Below, piece after piece: positions 1-12,301 of a stretch of 64,000 nucleotides of DNA. Location of the stretch: contig CM121342.1 of the NCBI GenBank assembly GCA_051530055.1, forward strand, positions 9,811,480 through 9,875,479, in the 5' to 3' direction. The DNA is from Neoechinorhynchus agilis (Eukaryota; Animalia; Acanthocephala). The notes below the pieces were generated by a model. That model had not been told where the DNA came from, ran no database searches, and saw only the letters and a program-made list of their open reading frames with translations. The translations under genes were made by a program, and so were the position numbers. The stretch's first letter is position 1; each line of letters opens with the position of its first letter.

Positions 1-1292
1 GAGAATTCATAAATCAATCTCTATTCTTTAGCATTTGTTGTAAATTCACATTGGATTTCGAAATTACAATTAAGGTCTTTTAAAACGCCTATAATTCTTT
101 GTAGATTGTAGAGAAAGTCGGTACGGACGCTCAATGTGAAGATGTGAAGATATTGGAAGAGAAAGGACTTAATATAGTATGTCAGCTCCATAAATACGCC
201 CTTCGCTTAGAACAAGCAGATCATCCCTCTAATCTATTTCTCACTGCTCATAACAATGGTGAGCTCCAATTCGAAGAACCGAATGGTTTGGTTAGTTCTC
301 TGATTTTCTTTTCCCGAGTCTTCAATTTCCTTACATTTAGGATAGATCCGTTAACTCAAACAAGAATTTTGGAATGGCGTTCCTTCAAACATGGTCCTTT
401 GTAACTGTTGAAGAAATCAGTTTCTCGTGGGCTATAGATAATACGTTCGCTGGAATAGTGAACAACATTGTTCCTCGGGTTATTAGTGTTTGTGTAAGCG
501 TTTTATCTTTTAAAATGAAAAGCGGTTAAACTTAACAAATATTTTTCGACGTAGACTTTAAGTATTTGTGAGGGTGAACATTTGGTTGAAGTAATTGGTG
601 TTCATCTTTTGCCCATTCACATTGTATATTTTGGTTCATTGGCAGCTGTGACGACCTATAGAACATCGAGACAGCTACTTGCTATTGCGCCGATTAAGGA
701 ACTTCATTTTGGCAATCGGTCGTGTACTGTTTCTAATTCAGATCAAAATAATCGATTGTATCGGTTTGAAAAGGGTAGATTGGTGAGTGCTTCTATTAGT
801 ATACAGTATCCTAAAATTAAAAAATAGATAGTCCCGGTGAGCATAGCTAGACCCGATGGAGTCGCTTTTCCAACAGACATTGATTTTGTTTATGAGCTTT
901 GATGAATAAAAGAGCATCTGATATTGAATGAAGAGAGATAATCGGAGAGTGGCATGTTTTTTCAAATGATAAGACAAAAAGTTCTTGAATTATAAATGGT
1001 CATGGAAATTCAGCTATAGAATCGATACTCATTGAACTTAACTCCATAGGCCAAAGTTCGAAATTCGCGACATGAGACTATCTTTAAAGACCAAACATTT
1101 TTACAAATAAAATGGAATGGTCTGATTGTGTCATAGATGGGTACAGGATACGACGAATTGGTATGGCATCGATCGTGATTTTATGACCGATCATACTTAA
1201 AAGTAAATCAGTTGATATTATTAATTGAGAAATATCAAAATTTATTTGCGATTAATTAACCGATTCTTAATCCCATTTAAAATTCAGTCAGA

Positions 1293-2420
1293 TGTGTGGC
1301 GAGTACGTCAGAGGTCCACCAATCGATATGCACGCATGGTGCATGGAGTACAACTAGAAAACAGAGCGCGTTGGTTTTTGTGTTGAACTACATTGGTGAC
1401 CCCGACGCTTGTTAGCGAAGCAACAAGATATGCACAGTCAGGCATCGATTCAAGCGGTAAACATGAAATTGCCACCTTTTTGGATCGAACAATCCCGAGT
1501 GTGGTCCGTACAAGCTGAGGCTCAATTTGCACTGAGGGGCATTACGGCAGACGACGCCAAATTCTATTACGTCCTCGCAGCTCTGGATCAAAATACTGCC
1601 GGACGAGTAATAGATCTCCTGGAGACTCCGCCGCAACAAAAGAAGTACGACGCACTCAAAGACCGCTTACTCGATACATTTTCCTTGTCGGAATACGAGC
1701 GTGCCAGCCGAATTCTACACATGGAGGAACTAGGGGACGCTCAACCATCAGAACTCATGGACAAGATGTTAGGATACCTCGGGACAGGTGTTCATGGAGC
1801 GGCTACCTGAGGATATGCGCTCGGTACTTGTTCACTCCAAGATTACGGATCCCCGTAAACTTGCACAAGCAGCCGACGAATTGTTCAGGGCAAAGCGGTC
1901 CACCGCGGGATCGATTAAACAAAACACCGATTTTATATTCCCTGTCGAACAAACCAAAAAGGAGCAAACGGATATTTGCTTCTATCACCAACGGTACGGC
2001 AACTGCGCCAAGCGTTGCCGACCACCTTGTTCGATGGCACAAGACGCGTTTAAAAAACTGCTAAGGAAATAAACACGTTATTCTATGTTCACGACAGTGG
2101 GACAGGTCGACGATTTCTAGTGGACACCGGTGCCGAGGTGAGTGTTATGCCGGCGTCGATAGCTGATAAGTCAGTTAGTGCACAAAGCCGAACACTTACC
2201 GCGGCTAACGGCTCCTCAATCAAAACATTCGGAAGCCGGATGGTGGTGCTTCGTTTCGGTAAATGGACGATTAAGTGGAAGTTTCTGATCGCAGCTGTGC
2301 GGCAACCGTTGCGGGGGGGGCTGATGAGTGCATTCCCGGGCATCAGTACTCACGATTTCTCGGGTACTGAGGTGAAGCATGCGCTGATGACATACAAACA
2401 CCGTTCAAAAATTCGAAATT
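1293..2420 (+). mobile_element. Truncated, frameshifted Ty3/gypsy LTR retrotransposon (CsRn1-like): short 5' LTR, gag with CHCC motif, retropepsin, start of pre-RT linker
   Basis: ORF 1409-1810 KLPPFW..QAEAQFALRGIT..KFYYV..L is gypsy gag-like. ORF 1788-2072 has CFYHQRYGNCAKRCRPPC. ORF 2120-2422 has the (FLV)DTGAEVSV protease motif and LTAANGS.I..FG. Putative LTR runs TG(1293)..ACTACA(1392). No RT, RNase H or integrase follows. Confidence 0.85.
1394..1407 (+). promoter_or_regulatory. Primer-binding site complementary to the tRNA-Trp 3' end
   Basis: TGGTGACCCCGACG lies 1 nt after the LTR-ending CA and is complementary to the eukaryotic tRNA-Trp 3' end (..CGTCGGGGTCACCA). Confidence 0.8.
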
Positions 2421-2979
2421 AGTATGTTCAATCATAACTCTTGAGATTGCTCTAAAAATCTTAAAAAATTGCTTAGATGTTTTATAAACCTGCTAATTGC
2501 GCTTTTTACAATAGAAAAATGGCAAAACAGCCAATCATGATTCTGCAAAAACTCAGTAATGAAATGTAATTTCGACTTAGATAAATGTTGATAAAAGGTA
2601 ACGATCGAAAGGACGTAATTCAAGAGGACATTTGGGTGATAAAGGCAATAAAAATTATAAAAGTGCAAACGAATTCCAGAGAAGTTGACAGCATTGGATT
2701 TATTTTAATTTTTAAACTAGTAAATGAATGATGTTTTACACAAAAGCTCATGCTGAAAATAGAATACAAATCAAAATAGAGAATCTTCAGCGCTATAATT
2801 TGTATGATTTTAGTATTAGTAAGTTTAAAGATGGAAAAATGAAATAAATTTTTTATTATGTGCTATATTCGTCCGTGGAAATTCCACTTTTGATTGCTGA
2901 AAATACTATAGAGGTGAATGACAATCATTTATATTCTTCTAATTTTGCTATCCAATCTTTTTATTCGAAAAATGACACC

Positions 2980-5900
2980 TCAAAACCCAATCGATCTTTT
3001 TGAAAGAAACATGCCTCTCTTTCTCCTTACGCTCTTGGTTGGCTTTAAAGATTTATCACCTGTTAAGCTTTCTGATGAATCTTCAACATCGCTATGTATT
3101 GCTCCCACTGACATGGTCTTTGCCAATGTAGGCGAAGTCGAATTAAAGATGCCGAGACATTCTTTGTATCCGAACTGCTGAGCAAAATTAATGGCTGAAA
3201 GTCCTTTACAGTTAAGTATGAAATAGTTAGCTCCATGATCTATTAGACTTTGGACGGCCATAGGATGATTGTACTGTACAGCAATATGAATCGGGCAATT
3301 CCCGTCAATATCAGGCATGTCTATAAGGGAAGGTGTTGCGCTGAAAACAGAAATTAAATTGAAAAACAATTGGGAGATTATAAACGAACAGGGATGAGGG
3401 TTGGGCATTGAGCAAAATGAATTCTAAAATTTCCGGCATTTGCTCATCGTAGAATTGGATAGCGTAAAACAACGCACTCCATTGATTCTTGTCTTGATGA
3501 TTAGGTTTAAGAAATTCGAATCGTTCAGCATGAGCTCTTAAAACCGTCAAAATATCATGATATTCCAATGCTGCTTTGATCTGCTCAAAGCTGATTGGTT
3601 GGGATTTCTTCACGAACATCCTCTTGATGTACTTGTCATCAGCAGCAAGTTTACGACCTCTTTCTTGAATTATATTTGCGTAACTTTTGTCGTCTGAACT
3701 ATCGAAGATTTCTTCGAATACTGCGTTGAACTTCGCGTTTCCTATGCTAACCGCAAGCTACAAATCAGTGTAATATGTTGTATTAAAAAATTAAACACTC
3801 ACCAACAGGATTTCTGGCCGAATATAATCCATATCGAGAGATTGGGTTTTCGAAATATGAACACCGAAATCTCTATGAACTCCGCAACATTCAATGCAGA
3901 TACAAATCCCCAGATTGATTACAATCCAGTCCGGGGCTAAAAGAGGAGCTCCAATAATTCCATAATGCCATCACAAATGCGTCCTGTGTACCAAACTTGA
4001 CTAATTTAAATAGTTCTTGATATATTTTAGATTAAATATAAAAATTGAACAACGTGAATAACAAGAAAGATTAAATATTAAACACAAGTCTACATTTATT
4101 ATTTAGCTAGAGAAAAAATCGCCACTAGCGTTTTTTTATTAGGTTTATAATTAAATTTCAACGTTCAAAAACTACGGTTTTCAATTTAAACATACCTTCT
4201 GCTTTACAATCACAGCATTTATCATTTCCCGGCGAAGATCTGACTTGTTCGATAATATTATCTTTTGAACTAGCAACGGAAATTAGTGCACCCATTGATT
4301 GCTTTCCATTCTTGTCGATGGAATTCATCGCCGAAAATATCGACCGTTTCTGTGCAGCAGAAAATACGTCGACCCACCTATTTACTTTGCCTTTGAAATT
4401 ATTCACTACAAATAATTACCTACTGTCGGAATTCACTCTCCGTCTCACACATTAATCTAAGCTTTTTGAATACTAAATTACAAAAATTAGGTTTTTATGC
4501 CGAGTGCAAATTTGAATTACTAGTTGCCGATATAATATTGAATCGTCTACTGCGCAATTCCACGTCCTTATGAAGTTTTTAGAAATTAAAAATCAATTAG
4601 TTTAAGTACCTGTATTGAACAAGTTATTATCGGAATTGATATAATCGGTTTTTTGACCTAAATTATATAAGCGTGTGTACTTTATTTTAAAATATTTATT
4701 TGTTTAAAAATTAGAATAGTGAAGGTCGGAAAAAAGAACACTCGAATTTTTCAACGAAGTTATTGCAAAATATAATATTTCCATTTTATATTAGAACCCT
4801 ACGAATAATGAAATTATACTCGGTTTCGATTATTGATGAATTTCAATATAACCGAAAAAATGACCAAAATCAACCTAAAACTTGTCAGTGCAATTGGCTT
4901 AAAACTATTTTACTCCATCTGAATAATCATGAATTTAAAAATTTGCAGCTAAATGTGTTTAAACTGTTCCCTTATTAAGGGTTATTAGTTCTTTTTAACT
5001 ACAATTTAACTTCATTGATATTTTTATTGCAGTGAGTGTTATGAACGTTTAGATTTTAACGAGCAGATTGTTAATTTTACTTCTATGAACTTGTAAGTTT
5101 TTCAGCAAATAACTATTTTTGAAAACGCAGTAGACGCTTTTACATTTTCCTTGTAAAGCGAAAATATCCCGTTTTTCACTTGACAAATCCTTGGTTTCCA
5201 CTTTGATCCCGACAAATAATCACTCTCAACTAGAATTAAACTTGTTTTCTCCACGATTGTAATTTCTCCAGATTTCGAAATGGTCGAAATACTTATTCGC
5301 TTCTTTTAGGAAAACGATTTTTTCAGAGAGTTGAAATTAAAGAAACCCTTACATTTTCAGCTGTGGTGATTCCTTTCAGCTGTAAATCAAGATTGTCCAA
5401 TACCGATGATTGTTTTGCAGCAATAGTTATAAAGTCATTAAAAGCTTCACCTTGTTCAGGTGTGGATATCAGTATTTCTTGAAGATTGACACTTGGACTT
5501 CTACTCAAAAATTACAAGAGTAAAACACTTGTTTGTCCAAATGAATATAATTACATTTGATAACAATGTTGTTGAAGCACAGCAATTATTCGTTCTGGCA
5601 AAATAAAATGTGCCAGAATCTCAATATCCAATGCTTGTTTGCAAAACTAAAAAATTAGCATAATATTTCTATTCAGAACAATGGCACTCACATCAATGAT
5701 CAACAATCTAGCGTACTTGTTTGCCGTTATTGCCGATTCGTTATCTTCACCTGTAATTTCCTAAAAATGTGAACATTTTTCATCGATTTGTTGAACATTC
5801 GAATTAACAAACGTTAGCTTTCCTCGACCTTTCAATAAGACCGCGGTGTTGTTTAGGATCTCCTCTGCATAAATCTCACAATTTTCATCAAAATAAAAAA

Positions 5901-6422
5901 CGGATCAAACTCACTTCTTCTCCTTGAGCGATTTTAATGCTCGTTCTAACGCTTTTTGTTTCGTGTGCTTTAATTGGAGTGGGATTGAGAAAGTTAGTGA
6001 AAGAACGAACCAGTAAATCTTCTGAACAAGCATTAAGAACTTCGTCGATAGGATTTATCACCGTACAATTTATAGCAGACGTCTAAAATAATTTTTTAAA
6101 GTTAAAATTGTGAATCTCCATTTGTTATACCAATTGTTGAAATGGTGAAACCTGCCGAAACGACATGCTTGAAAGTAACTTAAAATTTGATCCTTTTGGA
6201 TCTTTTACAATACAGAGGAAAGATTGAACTCTATAGATATCTGGTGTAAACTCACTGATTGACATCAATTCCTTTGTACAGTTCGTAAAAATATCAACCG
6301 TATTGGATACTACGTTAGATCTTTATTAAATGAACGTAAAAGGTGTACTTACTCATTTGATCTCGAAAATTTGCAATGTCATTACGAACACCACTGAGCA
6401 GTTTATTTAGTGATCTAAGATT
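2980..6422 (-). CDS. Centaurin-type ArfGAP with PH, ArfGAP and ankyrin domains (ACAP/ASAP-like); multi-exon, 5' end not resolved
   Basis: The spliced junction 4196/3936 gives CCDCKAE|[37 protein letters not shown], a C-x2-C-x16-C-x2-C-x4-R ArfGAP finger. Ankyrin repeat: [31 protein letters not shown]-like segments: RSRRFNIIS and [16 protein letters not shown]. Further helical exons extend to 6422. Stop TGA at 2980. Confidence 0.85.
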
Positions 6423-6758
6423 CTAAAGGAGTTGTAGGCTGCTTTAGTTTAAGAGGACTTTTTATTCTATTTAAGATAAAGCTTCATTTTATTCTAATTA
6501 AAAAACAAATAAGTATAAAAGAATAACCAGCGTACATGTATATTTACTTGGAAAATTTTAATTATGAGATAAATCCAATAGATTAGTCGAATTAGAAATT
6601 AAAATATATTTTCGCTCTCAAGTTAATAATTTCAGAATTCATTAAAACAAAAGCTAAAAAATCGCCAAGAAATGACCTTTTTTAGAGAATTTGCGCTTAA
6701 ATTTCCACGTTTCCCATTATTTGTTTTGTTTGATGATATAAAGATTGATTATTTGCCT

Positions 6759-6880
6759 TTCACACAATATTTCGTCCGTCTCGTCGAACTTTTTCAGGCT
6801 GTTAAAGTGTTTTATTCTCGCACGAATAAAAAACTTAAAAACCTGAAGAGTCCGACGCGATGTACGAAATATTGTGTGAA
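6759..6880. repeat. Palindromic element with hammerhead-like core in each arm (subfamily A)
   Basis: Arms TTCACACAATATTTCGT..CAGG and CCTG..ACGAAATATTGTGTGAA flank a loop containing GTTAAAGTGTTTTATT. The + arm reads CTGAAGA GTCC gacgcgat GTAC GAAA (6843-6869). Confidence 0.65.
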
Positions 6881-7779
6881 CCAAAGAAAGCATATCCACG
6901 GAAACAACTTCTTTACAACATTATTTTCGGAAATAAAAAAAGTAAAAATGATTTTCCATGATTTATGTTAAGTTTCTCAAAACTCGTCATTATCGCGTTC
7001 AAAATTTTACCTGTAGAATACTGTTACAATGTTCCAGTATTTCCTTTACATGTTGATCAATCGCAGTATCATGAACATCAAGAACTTTTTCATTTTGTAA
7101 TAGAGTGGTGATTTTAACGATTTTCTTAAGATCACTAGTTGGCATTTTTTACAAATCTAGAAAAAAACAGGCATATCGGAGATGTACAAGTACTTTGAAT
7201 GTATTCTCACGAGAAGGAGAGTAGTGACACATACCGTAGGTTGACGAATGTTCACCTCAACGACGCGAATAGCTTACGATGAGTTTTCAATGTCACTCTC
7301 ATAAAAGCCAAATGAATTTGTAAACGATTATGTGGTTGTACGACAATGAGTTTTTGCCGCGCTAATACTAATTTTTTATCTTATGGTGATAATAGTAGCT
7401 GTCACATTTACCTGACATTCAATCGACTCACGTTACGAGGTTTCTTCATGTCTAAGAAAATGCTTATCTGCCGTAATGGTTCGAACCAATTTTAAAAATT
7501 CTGGATCTCCTTTTATGATTTCACATTGAAAAAAATATGTTGAATCATTCTTTGAAAGTGAAACTATAAAAAAGCGTGACGGATACTAGTGACTTTGCGG
7601 ATAAGATTAATCAATATACTTAAATTCCAGGTTTTACCTCTGATAGTGTTTCGTATATCAGCTAATCTGCTCGTTTAAATCCGATTTCAGTTCTTAATAT
7701 CTAAATGGTGAAACGATTTTAAGTGAATAAGAGTTTAAAATTGAACGAAGACGTATTCTCACAGCTTAGCATTCTAAAA

Positions 7780-10700
7780 TTAAATCCGAGTTCGATAAAT
7801 ACCATTTTTATCATCCGGTCGGCGATGTCCGTTCTTGTGGTAATTGGTGTTTATTGTTTGCAGGAGCTCTTGTGAGGTTGGTCTTTCCTCAGGTTCATTA
7901 CAAGTTATGATATCCAAGACGATTGGGCAGCATGGAAAAAGGAGCGTAGATATAGTGAGGTGCGAGGTCGAAGGAGGGTGAAACGAATTAGGATTACGAG
8001 TGCTGTGCTCGTGTGAATAGGGAGCGATATGTGGAAGAAATTGTGGTGTAAGGGTTGAGAGGCGTTTTGATTGTTTTATGAAAATAGCATCAAGGCATTC
8101 GGTGAGAGGAGGAAAGTCAGCTGTGTGAATTTTAGATGCTCTTTTGTGAAGAATTTCAAAACGGCGGATTGGCGATTTGGAAAGGTTGCAAAAGGCGGGA
8201 TAATCGTAGGTGAGGGATGGCAAAATAAATCAAAGGTAAAATTTGTAGAGGTCGGGTGAAGGTATTCCTAAATGTCGGAGGTGTTTAAGAAGATAACTTT
8301 TAAAAGTGTTGTGCTTGAGGGAGAGAGTGACGTGCGAGTCCCATTTCAAGTTTGATTGAAATTGGATACCCAGAATTCTTAGGGAGTTTACTCGTAGGAT
8401 GTCATTAAGAAGCTCAGGGGATGTTGTGGGGTTGCGGGAGAGAGGGGATCATTTCGTAGCATGGAATTTTTATGTGTGCGATTTCGTTAGAGGTTAAGGA
8501 GAGGGAGAGGTGGGGTGGTTGTTGTTATATGAGGGTGATATCGTCGGCATAAAAGAAAAGTTTAGAGTGAGAGGAGAGATGTTTGAAGTTGTTTAGAAAA
8601 GTATTAAAGAGAAGTGGTGACAGCACAGCACCTTGAGGTACGCCTTTGGCGAGGGTTAGGCTGATAGAGGAGGTAGAACGGCAGTGAATGTATTGTTTGC
8701 GATTCTTAAGATAAGATTCGAGCCAGCGGATCTGCCACAAGTTAAAACCGAAATTAGAGAAGGTCCGGGGGAGTAAATGGGCTACGGAGTCGAATGATTT
8801 CGGTAAGTTAAGTTGAATAAGACGGGTGACGGGCAAAGGATTACAAACAAACACGTTTTATTTATTTATTTAAACAACTATACCCGCCCCATGTATCTTT
8901 GGTTTTCGAAGTATAGTTGGTTGTGCTCTTTCCTCTGATTCAGTTACTATTTAAAAATGACTGAGCAGCAGGAAAGAAGGAATGAAGGTGGGTTTTGGTT
9001 CGCGATTTGTGCGGATTGAAGGAGGATGGCTTGTGCGTTCTATGAGGGTGGGTGAATGTGGTAATATGGTGAAGTATCTTCACTCTTCATGATAAGTTTT
9101 ATTAACGTTTTTTCAAAACCTGATTAACTGCAAAAACCAAAAACAAAACGCACACACCCCCAAACATCGTTTGGTCATTATCGATCGAACGCGCAGTGCG
9201 TGTCACGATCGCTCACTATATAACATTTCTCCCCTCCTTAATTGAGACCGGAGGTGTCGTAATCGTTTAACCACTCAGGTCGACGTCGTATTCTCGTACT
9301 CCTTCGCAATGGGTCCGTAACATTGGATCCCCTTTCCGTCTCATTCGTTGGTTCATCATTGATGGGCTCATTGGGCGTTTGTTCCCCGTGCGGCAATTCC
9401 CCTGCCTCTGCTATGGCTACTGCTGGTCTTTGAGGTGGCGACGTTGCATTTTATGTATTGTGCTCGATTTGTCAAATATGAAAAGAGCCATCGAATTTGC
9501 CAAGTATCCAGTCCCAAATCGGAACAGGCTTCGATAAGCTTGTGATGTTCCACAGAGTCGAACGCTTTACGAGGGACGGTTTGGAATCAACATTTTGGAT
9601 GAGCGCGTCATAAATGCAGAGTAGAGCATCTGTGGCTGAATATTTAGGGCGAAATCCAAATTGTAGGGGCGACAGTTGGGAGCTTGGGGAGAAGGCGCGC
9701 TTTAAAGCATTTTTCAAAAACTTTGGAGAGCGCCGGACGGATAGAGATGGGGCGAAAAGATGACGAAGATACTGGAAGTCCATTTTTTGGTAATAAGGTT
9801 ACCCTGGCCATTTTTAAAAATGATGGATAGATTCCCGATGCGAAACTATGATTGACGATGGTAGTCAATGGGTCAATGATTTCCGGTATGATAAAGCGAA
9901 CAGCCCAGTTAGGAATGCCCAAATGTGGGGATCCATTGCGTGGCAGTTTCTTGAGATGCTGAAACACTTTGAGGGAGAAAATCAGTGGGGGTAACTTCGA
10001 AGAGTCCATTTTTTGTGTAGCTTTAAGTTGGATGTCACCGTCGTTTGGTGAGCATAGCTTTGCGTTGATGGAATCGAGGCTCGCCTTTAATTCAGAGGCA
10101 GACAGGTATGCGAAAGGTTCAGGGTTCCGTAGCCCAATGGATGAAGCGTGTCATAAATTCAAAGTAGGGCATCGGTTTGAGAAAATCTGGGCCGGAATCG
10201 GAATTGTAGGGCCGATAATTTGTTGTTGAGTAGTGAAAGAAGGCGAGATTTAAAACATTTTTCGATAATTTTTGAAAGAGCGGCGGGTAGAATGAATATT
10301 GGACGGAATGATTCGGCCGAAATTGGATGCCCTTTTTTGGAAGAAGTATAACATCAGCAGTTTCCAGGCATGAGGGTCGATGCCACATAAAAAGCTGAGG
10401 TTCATAATGTGGGTTACAGAGTCGATGAGTTCGGGGATGACGCAGCGAAGAGCCCAGTTTGGGATTTCGAATTGAGAGGACGAATTTCGAGATAATTTCT
10501 TGAGATGCTGTAGTACTTGGCATGACGCAACTAAGGGAAGTATCGGCGAGTTGACAAAAGTTTCAGATGTGGGCGTGAAAGATTGTGTGGTGTCTGGTGT
10601 GGAAATGGGATTGTGTGGTGCCTGATGCGGAACTGTGATTGTAATTTTAGTCAGGGCAGATGGTCTGATTGATGGAGTCCAGAACATGTTTTAATTCAGT

Positions 10701-10900
10701 GGAGGTCAAATTAGGGAAGGGATCAGGGTTGCGTAGACCAAGTGAGTCCTTCACGGCCCGCCACCATGTTGAGTTGCCACCTGAACGAAATTTAGAGCAA
10801 AGGAAGTTTTGTGGGCAACAAGAATTTTGTTAGCTAAAGCTATTTGTAGACGGGGAAAGTCTGGATATTTATTGCGATGGACCTTAGAAGCAAGCCGAAT
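7780..10900 (-). mobile_element. Cluster of degenerate non-LTR retrotransposon (CR1/L2-type LINE) RT fragments from at least two or three copies
   Basis: ORF 8525-8854 has KSFDSV, GVPQGAVLSPLLF and FYADD. ORFs 9644-10009 and 10250-10687 are homologous to each other (LQHLKKL.RN.S..IPNWA.R..IP..I..L). 9472-9783 has QFGFRPKYSATDAL. A (TAAA)n 3' tail lies at ~8856-8872. Many stops and frameshifts. Confidence 0.85.
9057..9430 (-). mobile_element. Gypsy-type LTR element 3' end (pol C-terminus, PPT, ~170 bp LTR) embedded in LINE debris
   Basis: The minus strand translates LRRSTRIRRRPEWLNDYDTSGLN*. It is followed by the purine tract AAGGAGGGGAGAAA (9239-9226) and a TGTTATATAG.. LTR from 9225 that contains AATAAA and ends ..ACCACA near 9057. 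Confidence 0.75.
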
Positions 10901-11236
10901 CCAAAAAATTGAAAGAGTTTAATCGTTAGAAGGTCGCAGCTTCATCGGAGAAAATATAATGCTCCAATATTTACATCCTTATTTAATTCTTAAGAGAATT
11001 GGAAATGTGACATAAATTGTCATTTCTAAACAAATCCGAGAAACACTGATGCTCCAAGACCTTCTTTCCAGTGTCAGACGGCAAGAAAAACCAAGAACTA
11101 AAATCATTCACAGACAACGGCTTCACTGAAGCAACGAATTAATCCTGCGAGCTAATTTTAATCAAGCAAATACTCCATTTCACGTCCTTCAGTTACACTC
11201 GCCGTCATATTATCTTTATATCTTTTTCATCAACAC

Positions 11237-12301
11237 TCATGTAGCAAGCCAGGGGTGTTCACGCAATGATGCCTTACTGCGATCTCCGTAATCATATAAA
11301 AGCTCTTCTCCTATTTCTATTCTCCTATTTGCGATCAGTAGCAATCTCGGTCGACCGTTGATGCTAATCACTTTTGTTATCAAATTAAATTTATATCGAC
11401 TATGATTGATTAAACGACCCAGTCGTCCGGATTCCGAGGTTGCGTCGATACTGTTTATACAGTTTTAAATTCAGCGTAAATTCAAGTTAAGACTTACCAA
11501 TACGATTTACATAAATATCTAAAATAGAACATATAGCAGCCAAGTGTTTTATCTTTGCTATATTCGCATTCTCTTCGTTTTGCTTCCTTTAAATTAAGAA
11601 GATCTCCACTGTACTCGAGAACATATTCGTTCTTTTCGAAACACCGTTTTGTAAAAACAGCTCTACCTTTGTCATTAAGACTCCGAATCTCGAAATCCAC
11701 CTCAAGTCCTGCATTCACAAGGTTTACCAACTTCTGGTGCTTTTCCTCCTTAACAATAGAATGGGCAAATAGTTTTATTGAAATCGATCTGATCCCACCA
11801 CTACGACAACAGAAAAATCGAAGATCGCACCTTAATTTTAGACTCAATAATTCTACTTGATTGTCGTCTCTGAGGAAAATATTCGTTTATGCTACGTCTC
11901 AAACTTGATATACGAGAGTGATCATCGAGGGAGATCAACATTGATAAGCTTTTCTCTAATTTAGATCTCCTTGGTCCACTCGGCTTAGCACTTGAAGTCC
12001 TACTTGATTCAGACGGTCCCCAGAAAACACCCGATTTCCTAAGATCGCATGAATTGGTAAGTCTATCGTGTCTTAAAGAGCTGGAATCCATATAATTGGG
12101 CCTCCTTGAACCCGAAGGTTTTCTACTTAACAAAGATAACCACGATTGAGACAACCGATCTGCTTCATCGCCACTGCTCTTTTCGGAACATTCGTCTTCT
12201 CTATTCTCAGTCAATGCCTGCTCCTCGTCTGTACTGACTTTAATTTTAACCTTGTTTACCCGTTTTGTTTTGTGGCATTTTAACTCCCCGTTGGCATTCA
12301 T
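11237..12301 (-). CDS. KMT5A: Histone H4K20 monomethyltransferase PR-Set7/SETD8
   Basis: Spliced model with introns 11830-11749 and 11497-~11450 reads EYFPQRRQSSR..|EEK..GRAVFTK..EYSGDL..GCYMFYF..Y C|IDATSESGRLGRLINHSR..GEELLYDYGDRSKASLREHPWLAT*. These are diagnostic SETD8 motifs. An upstream exon is possible. Confidence 0.93.

Noticed and set aside
1-1250. Short ORFs and a possible minus-strand spliced gene
   Set aside because: No consistent exon chain or recognisable domain.
2313-2345. G-run plus CTGATGAG as a PPT/3' LTR or a hammerhead
   Set aside because: The downstream sequence translates as the pre-RT linker (FPGISTHDFS..VKH), does not match the 5' LTR and has no GAAA.
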